DNA of 62,146 nucleotides from a virus (Duplodnaviria > Caudoviricetes). The DNA lies in the IMG/VR virus record IMGVR_UViG_3300047311_000415, positions 1 through 62,146 of that record. One strand, given 5' to 3'. Shown in pieces: positions 1 through 7,720 of the stretch (position 1 is the first letter of the stretch; every line of letters starts with the position of its first letter). The notes beneath the pieces are model-generated. The model worked only from the letters and a program-made list of their open reading frames with translations, made no database searches and was not told the origin of the DNA. Made by a program: the position numbers and the translations under genes.

Positions 1-831
1 GGGGCAACTGAGGACGAGCAGTTTTTAACTGGCCTGCACTTACTCAAAACCAACTCCTGTAACCTAGTTTTGGCCAATGATACCAAGACTCGACTAAACA
101 TGATCATCACCCCAGAGCAGGCTCGTCACTGTGTCACTACTGACCGTGATATTGCTTTGGACATGCTGGCGACAATGACTGTCTCCCGTTCCAAAGGTAC
201 CTTCACCCGTTCCAAGGTGATGTCTAAACAGGGTATTGACTGGTCCAATAGTGCCATTCCAGCCTCTTTGAGGAAGGTTGTCAACCACTGTATCGACAAG
301 GGAGCTTACAAGCCATTCAATGGTGCAACGGTCGGACACTTCGCTGTCAAGCGTGACAATGAATATTTCATCACCTCCAAACGTAAGTCAGACTTCAATA
401 AGTTGGCTGAGGTAGGTATGGTAGAGTGCCGCGTCCTTGAGCCTGGACACCCACATTACACTGAAGATACGGTGTATGCCTATGGTGGGAAGCCCTCTGT
501 TGGCGGACAGTCTCAAAGGATTATCTTCAAGGAACATCCTGACATGGACTGCATTGTTCACTTCCACTGCCCTCCTAAGCCAGAAGCTAAGCTCTCTGTC
601 AGAGACCAGGCGCCTTATGAGTGCGGTAGTCATGAGTGTGGTCAGAACACCAGCCGAGGTCTAAAAGAAGAGATTCCTGGCATCAAATGTGTCTATTTGG
701 ACAACCATGGCCCTAACATTGTGTTCAACCGTAACATTGAGCCTGAGAAGGTAATCAAGTTTATCGAAGACAACTTCGACCTAACTAAGTCTACTGACGG
801 AGTAGATAGGAACAAATCAGTGGTAGTATAA
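1..831 (+). CDS. 5'-truncated protein: CoaB-like (phosphopantothenoylcysteine synthetase C-terminal-like) segment fused to a class II aldolase/adducin-like domain
   Basis: Frame 1 is open from base 1 (GATEDEQFLTGLHLLKTNSCNLVLANDT). LVLAND resembles the CoaB 'IVAND' motif. The C-terminal part has 'KPSV...RIIFKEHPDMDCIVHFHC...LDNHG', typical of class II aldolase Zn-binding His motifs. Confidence 0.55.
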   Translation, partial: GATEDEQFLTGLHLLKTNSCNLVLANDTKTRLNMIITPEQARHCVTTDRDIALDMLATMTVSRSKGTFTRSKVMSKQGIDWSNSAIPASLRKVVNHCIDKGAYKPFNGATVGHFAVKRDNEYFITSKRKSDFNKLAEVGMVECRVLEPGHPHYTEDTVYAYGGKPSVGGQSQRIIFKEHPDMDCIVHFHCPPKPEAKLSVRDQAPYECGSHECGQNTSRGLKEEIPGIKCVYLDNHGPNIVFNRNIEPEKVIKFIEDNFDLTKSTDGVDRNKSVVV

Positions 832-1154
832 TGTTCATTCACTATGACAAACAGATTCTCAATTCTGACACTATTAGGTGGATTGAGTGCTATAATTTGG
901 TCTCCGGGGGCTATATTCGTCTCTATCTTCAGGACGGCTCGTCGGAATTGGTAGAAGGTCCTGCGGCCTTTGATATAGTGATGCGGCTCTGTCCTGACGC
1001 ACTAGAGGGCGAGAATGCTAAATATAAACGCCACGCTTGGGCGATTCATAATCTTTTAGGGCACCCCTTGATGCAGATTTTTTCATGGTTAGGTTTCACG
1101 AAGCTGGGCCTCAAAATTCATGACATAACTGTACCTAACCCTATTACTAAGTAG
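831..1154 (+). CDS. hypothetical protein
   Basis: 107 aa ORF coupled to the upstream stop (TAATG); HNLLGHP...HD motif. Confidence 0.75.
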   Translation: MFIHYDKQILNSDTIRWIECYNLVSGGYIRLYLQDGSSELVEGPAAFDIVMRLCPDALEGENAKYKRHAWAIHNLLGHPLMQIFSWLGFTKLGLKIHDITVPNPITK

Positions 1155-1166
1155 ATAAGTAGATAA

Positions 1167-1706
1167 ATGGGAACCAAACTAGAAATCGAACGCAAGTACT
1201 TAGTCAAGCTTCCATCATCTTGGTCGGCACTTGCCGAGCTGTTTGATGGTATCGTGGATGTCAAACGTATCTCACAGACTTATTTGAAGCCTGAGCCTGG
1301 TGAACAGGCAGCTAGGGTAAGAAAAACGATTGAGGGGCTTAGTGGGGACACTGAAACTGTATTCCATCATAACCAGAAGAAGCCGACAGGCGATACTGGA
1401 GTCCATGAAGAAACCGAGTCAGAGATTAGTGAGAAAGAGTATAATCAGGCCCTCAAGGGAGCAAACCCTGATAAATGCGCTGTTGAGAAGACCCGCTTCG
1501 TCTTCAACTGGCACGATCAAGTTTTTGAGCTTGACCTATTCAAAGGGCACCTCAAGGGGCTGGCTATATTGGAGATTGAACTAGAAGACAAGGACGATAC
1601 AGTAGAGTTACCTCCCTTCCTCAAGATCATCAAAGAAGTAACCAAGGATAAGAAGTTTACTAATTTCAGTTTGGCTGATAAGAAATTGAAAGAGAAATGT
1701 GAGTAA
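1167..1706 (+). CDS. CYTH domain protein (triphosphate tunnel metalloenzyme)
   Basis: N-terminal EIERKYLV (ExExK), QTYL, RVRK, KTR, FELD, LEIEL. Confidence 0.9.
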   Translation: MGTKLEIERKYLVKLPSSWSALAELFDGIVDVKRISQTYLKPEPGEQAARVRKTIEGLSGDTETVFHHNQKKPTGDTGVHEETESEISEKEYNQALKGANPDKCAVEKTRFVFNWHDQVFELDLFKGHLKGLAILEIELEDKDDTVELPPFLKIIKEVTKDKKFTNFSLADKKLKEKCE

Positions 1707-1938
1707 GACAATGGCAAGTTTAAAAGACCTTTCATCAAAAATTACCGATGCTTTGGACAAAATCCTACCAGATGAAGTGCGTTGCGCTTTTGTTTTGATT
1801 GACATCAAAGAGAAGGAAGTCTCAACGGTTTCCAATATGTCGGATGAAAGCACCATCGCTTTGCTAGAAGAAGCGGTCAAAGGTCTGCAAGATCCTGAGA
1901 TTACTACGGATCCTGTGCATGATTTGAAAGTCAATTAA
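1699..1938 (+). CDS. hypothetical protein
   Basis: 79 aa ORF overlapping the upstream stop. Confidence 0.65.
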   Translation: MSKTMASLKDLSSKITDALDKILPDEVRCAFVLIDIKEKEVSTVSNMSDESTIALLEEAVKGLQDPEITTDPVHDLKVN

Positions 1939-1974
1939 CCTACCAATAATCGGATATATAATGTACCGATATAA

Positions 1975-2050
1975 GTCGCAGTACCCAATCGGATAAGGGA
2001 GCTGTCTGCAAAACAGCTATTAGTTGGTTCGACTCCAACCTGCGACTCCA
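1975..2050 (+). tRNA. tRNA-Cys(GCA)
   Basis: Acceptor GTCGCAG/CTGCGAC, anticodon arm GCTGT-CTGCAAA-ACAGC, TTCGA T-loop, ends TCCA. Confidence 0.93.
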
Positions 2051-2057
2051 ACCTTAC

Positions 2058-2147
2058 GGAGAGGTGTGTGAGTGGCTGAAACAGCAACCCTGGAAAGGTT
2101 GTGTGCTCGCAAGGGCACCGAGGGTTCGAATCCCTCCTTCTCCGCCA
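2058..2147 (+). tRNA. tRNA-Ser(GGA)
   Basis: CAACC-CTGGAAA-GGTTG, long variable arm, ends GCCA. Confidence 0.95.
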
Positions 2148-2306
2148 ATGAGTAAGAGAGTAGAGTTTTCAGAAGACTTTAATGCCACAGAATGGAAAGT
2201 TCTGGGCGTCTGGACCGAAGAAGAAGCCAAAGAAAATTGGCCGAAGCTTCAAGAGTGGATAGAGCAAACTCAAGTGTTTGGTTTCTTTAGAATGGTGGAT
2301 GAATAA
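2148..2306 (+). CDS. small hypothetical protein (MSKRVEF...)
   Basis: ATG lies immediately after the tRNA CCA; the longer ORF in the track overlaps the tRNA. Confidence 0.55.
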   Translation: MSKRVEFSEDFNATEWKVLGVWTEEEAKENWPKLQEWIEQTQVFGFFRMVDE

Positions 2307-2507
2307 ATGTGCTATCTATGTTTACAGGATAATCCATTCGCAATTCCAGAGGATCATAGTCAATTAAGTCTTCAAAAGAAGAAGGCAAGAGCGGCTTTGG
2401 TCAAAGAACTTCTAAAGGACCTAGAGTCTTATAGTCCTTGTGAAGATGGTGTCAAAGAAGTTGAAGCTCTAAAAGAAGAGCAGTATAGGTTGTCTAGAGA
2501 GTTGTAA
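2307..2507 (+). CDS. hypothetical protein
   Basis: 66 aa ORF abutting the previous stop; N-terminal CxxC. Confidence 0.65.
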   Translation: MCYLCLQDNPFAIPEDHSQLSLQKKKARAALVKELLKDLESYSPCEDGVKEVEALKEEQYRLSREL

Positions 2508-2512
2508 CATAC

Positions 2513-2602
2513 GGAAACTTGGCCGAGTGGTTTAAGGCGCTAGTCTTGAAAACTAGAGTAGGTGAAAGCCTGCCGGGGGTTCGAATCCCTCAGTTTCCGC
2601 CA
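2513..2602 (+). tRNA. tRNA-Ser(TGA)
   Basis: CTAGT-CTTGAAA-ACTAG, long variable arm, ends GCCA. Confidence 0.95.
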
Positions 2603-2624
2603 GATTATATATTCAAATAGGTAA

Positions 2625-3065
2625 GTGTCAATGAAGCGTATTGGTGTAGCCGGAATGATTAGGAGTGGTGGATTCCACTCTGAGCATCTTCTATTAGGTC
2701 GCAGGGGAAAAGATCCCAATCGCGGCCTTTATGTTTTACCAGGTGGCGGCGTTGAAGATGGAGAGACTTTAGAAGAGGCTTTCTGTCGAGAAGTGATGGA
2801 AGAAACAGGTCTAAAGATCATAGAAGACCCATACCGTTGGCAGTATTGTCCAGACCTTATTGAGCTACCAGACCGCATAATTCTTGTTACTCATGCATCA
2901 GTAGACTTTGATAGCCTTCATGAGTACAACGACAAGCCACGAGATGGCAGCGACCTCTACAACGTGGGATGGTATTCGATATATGATCTACCATGGGATG
3001 TATCACCAGTTATCAAGCCCGTTCTACAAAGATATAACTTTATAGTTAGAAACAAGCCAGAATGA
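2625..3065 (+). CDS. Nudix hydrolase
   Basis: Nudix box GGGVEDGETLEEAFCREVMEETGL; adjacent to an ADP-ribosylglycohydrolase. Confidence 0.92.
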   Translation: MSMKRIGVAGMIRSGGFHSEHLLLGRRGKDPNRGLYVLPGGGVEDGETLEEAFCREVMEETGLKIIEDPYRWQYCPDLIELPDRIILVTHASVDFDSLHEYNDKPRDGSDLYNVGWYSIYDLPWDVSPVIKPVLQRYNFIVRNKPE

Positions 3066-3982
3066 ATAAGATTGCTACACTAGTAGGTTGCGCCATTGGA
3101 GACGCATTAGGGAATCCATTTGAGATGTGGAGCGTCACTGAACCAGTGCTCAAAGCCTGGGATGGACAGTTCAAAGCCGGTGGAACCTTTTGGAAAGGTG
3201 AGGCCGGTCAATACACTGATGACACCCTAATGAGCATCGCTTTGGCCACTTCTTTGATTGAGAAGGGTGGGTTTGACCAAGAGCATGTTGCTCAGCAATA
3301 CTTAGCTTGGATGGAGTCTGGTAACACCCGAGGCATTGGCGGTACAACTCATAAAGCTTTGACGAGACTTAAGCTTGGCGCGTCCTCTCTTGAGAGTGGA
3401 GTAACTCACAATGATGGTAAGCCTGCTTCCGGTAACGGAACGGCTATGCGCGCCTCTCCAATTGGCATCTTTTACCGTGGAGACCCTGGTAAACTGATTG
3501 AGGTTGCAATGAATGATGCATCCATTACTCACAACTCCTTTGAGCCTAAGATGGGTTCGGTGGCAGTTGCATTGGGTACAGCGTTGATTGCTAATGGTGC
3601 AACTGACATGATTGAGGTTGTGAGAGAAGTCTCAGAGGTTATCTCTGACTCCATCGTGAAAGAGAAGTTACTGCTAGCACTAACCCATATAGAAATGGGG
3701 ACGGACGTATTCGAGGCCCTTGCGCAGATCGGCGTCAATGGCTATGTTCCTGAGACGGTTGGCGCAGCTTTCTATTGTTTAGGTGCCAACGTAAACTATA
3801 GAGACACTGTAGTGTTAGCTGTTCAGGCTGGCGGAGATACAGATACTACTGCTGCGATTGCTGGAGCAATGGCCGGAACTTTGTATGGATTAGATGGTAT
3901 CCCGGCGGAATACAAGGATAAAGTAGAGAATTTCGAGTTATTGCAGTCATTGACTGATGAACTTGTCAATAACGAGATATAA
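3062..3982 (+). CDS. ADP-ribosylglycohydrolase (DraG/ARH family) 1
   Basis: GCAIGDALG, YTDDT, GNGTAMR, GGDTDTTAAIAGA motifs. Confidence 0.93.
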   Translation: MNKIATLVGCAIGDALGNPFEMWSVTEPVLKAWDGQFKAGGTFWKGEAGQYTDDTLMSIALATSLIEKGGFDQEHVAQQYLAWMESGNTRGIGGTTHKALTRLKLGASSLESGVTHNDGKPASGNGTAMRASPIGIFYRGDPGKLIEVAMNDASITHNSFEPKMGSVAVALGTALIANGATDMIEVVREVSEVISDSIVKEKLLLALTHIEMGTDVFEALAQIGVNGYVPETVGAAFYCLGANVNYRDTVVLAVQAGGDTDTTAAIAGAMAGTLYGLDGIPAEYKDKVENFELLQSLTDELVNNEI

Positions 3983-3993
3983 AAGATACGTAC

Positions 3994-4085
3994 GGAGATT
4001 TGGCAGAGAGGCCGATCGCGTCAGTTTGCTAAACTGAAGAGGGTGTAAAAGCCCTCCGGGGGTTCGAATCCCCCAGTCTCCGCCA
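3994..4085 (+). tRNA. tRNA-Ser(GCT)
   Basis: TCAGT-TTGCTAA-ACTGA, long variable arm, ends GCCA. Confidence 0.94.
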
Positions 4086-4089
4086 CACT

Positions 4090-4174
4090 GGAAGATAAAC
4101 CAATCTGGGATTGGCACTGTTTCGAAAACAGATGGCCCCTTCGGGGTGGAGTTCGATTCTTCTATCTTCCGCCA
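4090..4174 (+). tRNA. tRNA-Ser(CGA) with non-canonical 8/4 fold
   Basis: 8-bp acceptor GGAAGATA/TATCTTCC, 4-bp T stem GGAG/CTTC, long D stem CCAATC/GATTGG, loop TTCGAAA, variable arm, ends GCCA. Confidence 0.85.
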
Positions 4175-4253
4175 CTCGGGTGTTTTAAGCTCTTGTTTTG
4201 ACCTTGCTAGGCTATTCAATGCGTGGAACGTAGCTAAACAAAACAAGAAATAT

Positions 4254-4324
4254 AGGGTCGAGTATAGGATACAACGGAGCCTCCAAAACTCCGGAAGAGG
4301 GTTCGATTCCCTCCGGCCCTGCCA
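4254..4324 (+). tRNA. tRNA-Trp(CCA), compact D arm
   Basis: Acceptor AGGGTCG/CGGCCCT, loop CTCCAAA, T arm GAGGG-TTCGATT-CCCTC, ends GCCA. Confidence 0.87.
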
Positions 4325-4346
4325 ACCATTATAGATTGAACATTAC

Positions 4347-4598
4347 ATGAAAAGATGCGCGGCCGTTCTTGAGCGTAATCAAGAAACTGGTAAAGAGGAA
4401 TGGCGTTTCTATCACAACCCAACCATTGGGGACATTCGCAGGCTTCGGCAAAGGGGCGCTATTGTTATGCGCCAACTCGTTGAGCGTTATGGGAATGAAG
4501 TCCATAAACGTTGGGTAACTGATTCTGGAGTAGTAGTGGTTCATAGAACTGACTACTTATCCTATGAGCAATTAAGGAGACTCAACGATGGATATTAA
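4347..4598 (+). CDS. hypothetical protein
   Basis: 83 aa ORF in the gene-dense run. Confidence 0.65.
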   Translation: MKRCAAVLERNQETGKEEWRFYHNPTIGDIRRLRQRGAIVMRQLVERYGNEVHKRWVTDSGVVVVHRTDYLSYEQLRRLNDGY

Positions 4599-5121
4599 TG
4601 AAGGTATGGAGTATCTTAGGAATCTATACAAAGACAAAGAGTGGTATCATTCTGTTGGTCTGGATCAATACGGCCGCATCGTGGTATACATTCACTTCTC
4701 GACTCACGAGACACTTCGTGACATCCCTGACCGTGTAGCTAACAAGCAAGTGCTTACACATTTCGCCGCTAGTTTATGTCTAGACCCAGATAAGTACGTC
4801 AATCGACCTACTTCAAGGCTCTTTCCAGTGGCTACGGGAACCTTACCGCCACCTATTGAAGATCAAATTGTTGATGTGGTAGGATCATTGTCGGGCGGCA
4901 CAGATACTCAAGAGTTGAGTATTCGTTATCTAGAGAATGAACTAGATAGACTTGAGCGGGCCTGCGGCAGCAATACTCTCCAAGATATCTTCTACGAGAT
5001 CAAGGATGCGCACAATGCTGTGACTAATCTCTCAGCCCGCTATCCTGAAGTTCGTACAGCCCTTGAGAGGTTGTTTGACCAGTATGGCTTCGATGTCATC
5101 TATGAGAACCTAGATGGGTAA
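4588..5121 (+). CDS. hypothetical protein
   Basis: 177 aa ORF with an AGGAG SD sequence. Confidence 0.8.
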   Translation: MDINEGMEYLRNLYKDKEWYHSVGLDQYGRIVVYIHFSTHETLRDIPDRVANKQVLTHFAASLCLDPDKYVNRPTSRLFPVATGTLPPPIEDQIVDVVGSLSGGTDTQELSIRYLENELDRLERACGSNTLQDIFYEIKDAHNAVTNLSARYPEVRTALERLFDQYGFDVIYENLDG

Positions 5122-5126
5122 TTTCT

Positions 5127-5459
5127 ATGAGCAGCGAGAAGAAAGTAATCCGAAAATTATTCCGTGATGCTTGTTACAAGCGTGATGGGTTTCGTTGCGC
5201 CATGTGTAATATGAAGTCGTCCAGGGATAACGCTGAGAACGAATTAGACGCCCACCACATTACTGATCGTAATAAAATGCCAAATGGTGGTTATGTTAAA
5301 GAGAATGGCATCTCTTTGTGTCCAGATTGCCATCAAAAGGCAGAAGTCTACCACTCGACCGGGACCGCTTTAGAAGGTTTTGCGCCGGACGATCTCTATA
5401 AGAAAATCAATTCCAGTTATGAAAAGGCAGTTGAAGCCAGCAATAAATTGAGTTCCTGA
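5127..5459 (+). CDS. HNH endonuclease
   Basis: RDGFRCAMC...DAHHI...ENGISLCPDCH. Confidence 0.85.
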   Translation: MSSEKKVIRKLFRDACYKRDGFRCAMCNMKSSRDNAENELDAHHITDRNKMPNGGYVKENGISLCPDCHQKAEVYHSTGTALEGFAPDDLYKKINSSYEKAVEASNKLSS

Positions 5460-5573
5460 TATATGCTATAATGGGTGCCATCTTCTAATAAGATCGCATA
5501 TAGATATTATCCCATAGCCCTTTAGGAGGTACTCGATTCATTGAAATTACTTTAACGCTTTCACTTTACATAA

Positions 5574-5945
5574 ATGGAGTTAAAAATGACTCTTAACGAA
5601 TTTGAATCTCTCACCGAAATTGAAACCTCAACCTCAGAAGAGAAGGATGAAGAATTCAGCATCCCTCTAGATATCTCTGATATCATCAGCATTTGCAGAG
5701 ACTTTAATAGTCTCGGTTGGCAAATTCAGCAACAAGTAGAGAATATACTAGAAGTCGGCGTGGAAGAATCCATTAAAAGCGGTAATGTCAAGAAAGAATC
5801 GTTGCCTTACGTCAAACACTTCTTACGCAAGATTTGCGACAATGCCTACTTCGGTGACGCGGTAAGCCAGGCGCAAGACTGCATAAGACTCATTCAAGAC
5901 TACGAAGAGGCGCATCATATCCGATACGTTTCTAACTACAACTAA
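5574..5945 (+). CDS. hypothetical acidic protein
   Basis: 123 aa ORF; the real start may be the next Met, which has a GGAG SD. Confidence 0.75.
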   Translation: MELKMTLNEFESLTEIETSTSEEKDEEFSIPLDISDIISICRDFNSLGWQIQQQVENILEVGVEESIKSGNVKKESLPYVKHFLRKICDNAYFGDAVSQAQDCIRLIQDYEEAHHIRYVSNYN

Positions 5946-5955
5946 ACACTTAATT

Positions 5956-5985
5956 ATCGGGGGCGTAACAGCCCCCGATTCATTT
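5956..5985 (+). terminator. GC-rich hairpin, probable intrinsic terminator
   Basis: ATCGGGGGC-GTAACA-GCCCCCGAT followed by TCATTT. Confidence 0.6.
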
Positions 5986-5987
5986 CC

Positions 5988-6404
5988 ATGGATAACACTT
6001 TAGATAAAGAAGAGTATGCCAAGAACATTTATGTCATTCGACATAAGTTAGCTTTGCTGAAGCCGTGTGCTGGTCGTGGTGACCGCTGGGAATATCGGGT
6101 TGGTAATTTCAATGTTGTCATGTTCGCATATGACATTGGTGATGTACCACCCCATATGGATTCTATTCTTAGATTTAAAGAAGTTGATGTGATATTGAAT
6201 GAGTACAGTAAGAATGATACTGTCTCAAGCGTTTCTCTTAGAGATGACCCGCGATTCAAAAGTTACGAGCCAATCCAATACAATGTGATTGAGTCCCCCA
6301 ACGGAAAGATTAATATAAGCAATGGGGACAAGATGCCCATTCTTCATTTGTGTGAACTTATTCGTTACCTTCATCGCCTATCCAATCTAACAGCATTCAT
6401 GTAA
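5988..6404 (+). CDS. hypothetical protein with C-terminal tail motif (...RLSNLTAFM)
   Basis: 138 aa ORF; tail resembles those of other ORFs in the window. Confidence 0.8.
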   Translation: MDNTLDKEEYAKNIYVIRHKLALLKPCAGRGDRWEYRVGNFNVVMFAYDIGDVPPHMDSILRFKEVDVILNEYSKNDTVSSVSLRDDPRFKSYEPIQYNVIESPNGKINISNGDKMPILHLCELIRYLHRLSNLTAFM

Positions 6405-6414
6405 GAGGTGTATT

Positions 6415-6639
6415 ATGGACAGCACTCATGTATATGTCATCAAGACGCTCATCAATGAGTATGGCGCACAAGAAGCCTTGCGAGGGTTCCGCCAGGCATT
6501 AATAGAGTGCGCAGATGAATACTCTGACCTGGGACTCAAGGGTCGAGCCTATGAAGCAGCCGAAGTAGCTGAACTACTTTCAGATGTCGAAGATGTCTCA
6601 GGGGCAGGTAGCCCCGCTGAAACCGATGATATAGTTTAG
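6415..6639 (+). CDS. hypothetical protein
   Basis: 74 aa ORF with a GAGGTG SD. Confidence 0.75.
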   Translation: MDSTHVYVIKTLINEYGAQEALRGFRQALIECADEYSDLGLKGRAYEAAEVAELLSDVEDVSGAGSPAETDDIV

Positions 6640-6641
6640 AC

Positions 6642-7142
6642 ATGCTGGCCATTTTTCTCACAGCGCTTGTCGCATTCTTCATCTCTAGCCTTTTTGGCTA
6701 TGTAGTCCATCGATCGCTCCATCAAAAGTGGACTGGTCGCCTCAATCAAAAACATATGACTCACCACCTGATTCTCTATCCTCCGACAGATTACCTTTCG
6801 GAGAAGTATAGACAAGCAGGTGCTGATAATACTGTTGTCACTTTTACAATAGCAGCTATACCTTTGGTACTAATCCCCATACTCTTAGGAGTTTTGGGGA
6901 TTCTACCTTTACCATTGGTCATAACTGCCTTAATTGTAATGGGTCTTATGGGATTCTTTCATGATTACCTTCATGACTCATTCCACATAAAAAATCATTT
7001 TCTTAATCGAATTCCGGGAGTTAGGAATATCTTTGCATACTGGAACCGACTGCACTACCTACATCATATAGATATGCAGAAGAACTTCGGCATCTTCCTA
7101 TTTCATTGGGATCACGTATTCAAAACCTATTGGAAGCAATGA
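6642..7142 (+). CDS. fatty acid hydroxylase / sterol desaturase family membrane protein
   Basis: His boxes HRSLH, HMTHH, HDYLH, HYLHH; NFG...WD motif; transmembrane segments. Confidence 0.88.
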   Translation: MLAIFLTALVAFFISSLFGYVVHRSLHQKWTGRLNQKHMTHHLILYPPTDYLSEKYRQAGADNTVVTFTIAAIPLVLIPILLGVLGILPLPLVITALIVMGLMGFFHDYLHDSFHIKNHFLNRIPGVRNIFAYWNRLHYLHHIDMQKNFGIFLFHWDHVFKTYWKQ

Positions 7143-7375
7143 TGGAAGAAAAGACATATCCGTGTCGCACCGAAGAGATTAGTGGAACTAGATACCACAT
7201 CAAATGGTTTCTAAACGGAGAGCTTAGAGCATCAACTTCCTGTGAAGGTAAGGAAGAGACAGATAGATATACGGCGAGCATGTCAACAGCATTGCCACCT
7301 GGTTACACCTTCACGGTAACCGAACACCCTTGGACAAATAACGTCTGCATAGAATGTGGAAGAGAGGAGTATTAA
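7139..7375 (+). CDS. hypothetical protein
   Basis: ATGA overlap with the upstream stop; C-terminal CxxC. Confidence 0.65.
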   Translation: MMEEKTYPCRTEEISGTRYHIKWFLNGELRASTSCEGKEETDRYTASMSTALPPGYTFTVTEHPWTNNVCIECGREEY

Positions 7376-7377
7376 AC

Positions 7378-7710
7378 ATGTCAACTTGGATTGTACCAGA
7401 TTTGTGCATCAACTGCGGCGCATGCGAACCCGTATGCCCCAATAAGGCCATTTCTGATGGCTCAGATGTCGGCATGGATGTTTACTTCATCAAGCCAGAC
7501 TTATGCACTGAATGTGTCGGTGAAGCCGCCCATGAACAATGCCAAGCAGTTTGCCCTGTGGAATGCTGCTTGCCAGACCCAAAACATTTAGAGGACGAAG
7601 CTACATTAGCTGCCCGAGCCCTCCAGCTCCATCCTGATGATGAAGAGCTAAAAGTCAAGATTGAATCGGGTAGCTTCCCAAGTTTAAAGAGGAGGTTGCC
7701 AATAGCTTAA
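7378..7710 (+). CDS. 2x[4Fe-4S] ferredoxin, YfhL-like
   Basis: CINCGACEPVCP and CTECVG...QCQAVCPVEC; GAGGAG SD. Confidence 0.9.
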   Translation: MSTWIVPDLCINCGACEPVCPNKAISDGSDVGMDVYFIKPDLCTECVGEAAHEQCQAVCPVECCLPDPKHLEDEATLAARALQLHPDDEELKVKIESGSFPSLKRRLPIA

Positions 7711-7720
7711 GGATACGGTT

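Noticed and set aside
2064-2147. ORF-track N-terminal extensions or ORFs over tRNA genes (also 4146, 14203, 14904, 17343, 17819, 58189, 58468, 59391)
   Set aside because: They overlap clear tRNA cloverleaves; starts were moved downstream or the ORFs dropped.
4090-4174. Selenocysteine tRNA (GGAAGAT start, long D stem)
   Set aside because: The anticodon is CGA, not TCA, and the fold is 8/4 rather than 8/5.
5465-5518. Possible riboswitch upstream of 5574 (GCTA..TGGG/CCCATAGC with an inner hairpin)
   Set aside because: I could not match it to any aptamer consensus, the pairing is modest and it overlaps a promoter-like AT tract; an Rfam search is needed.
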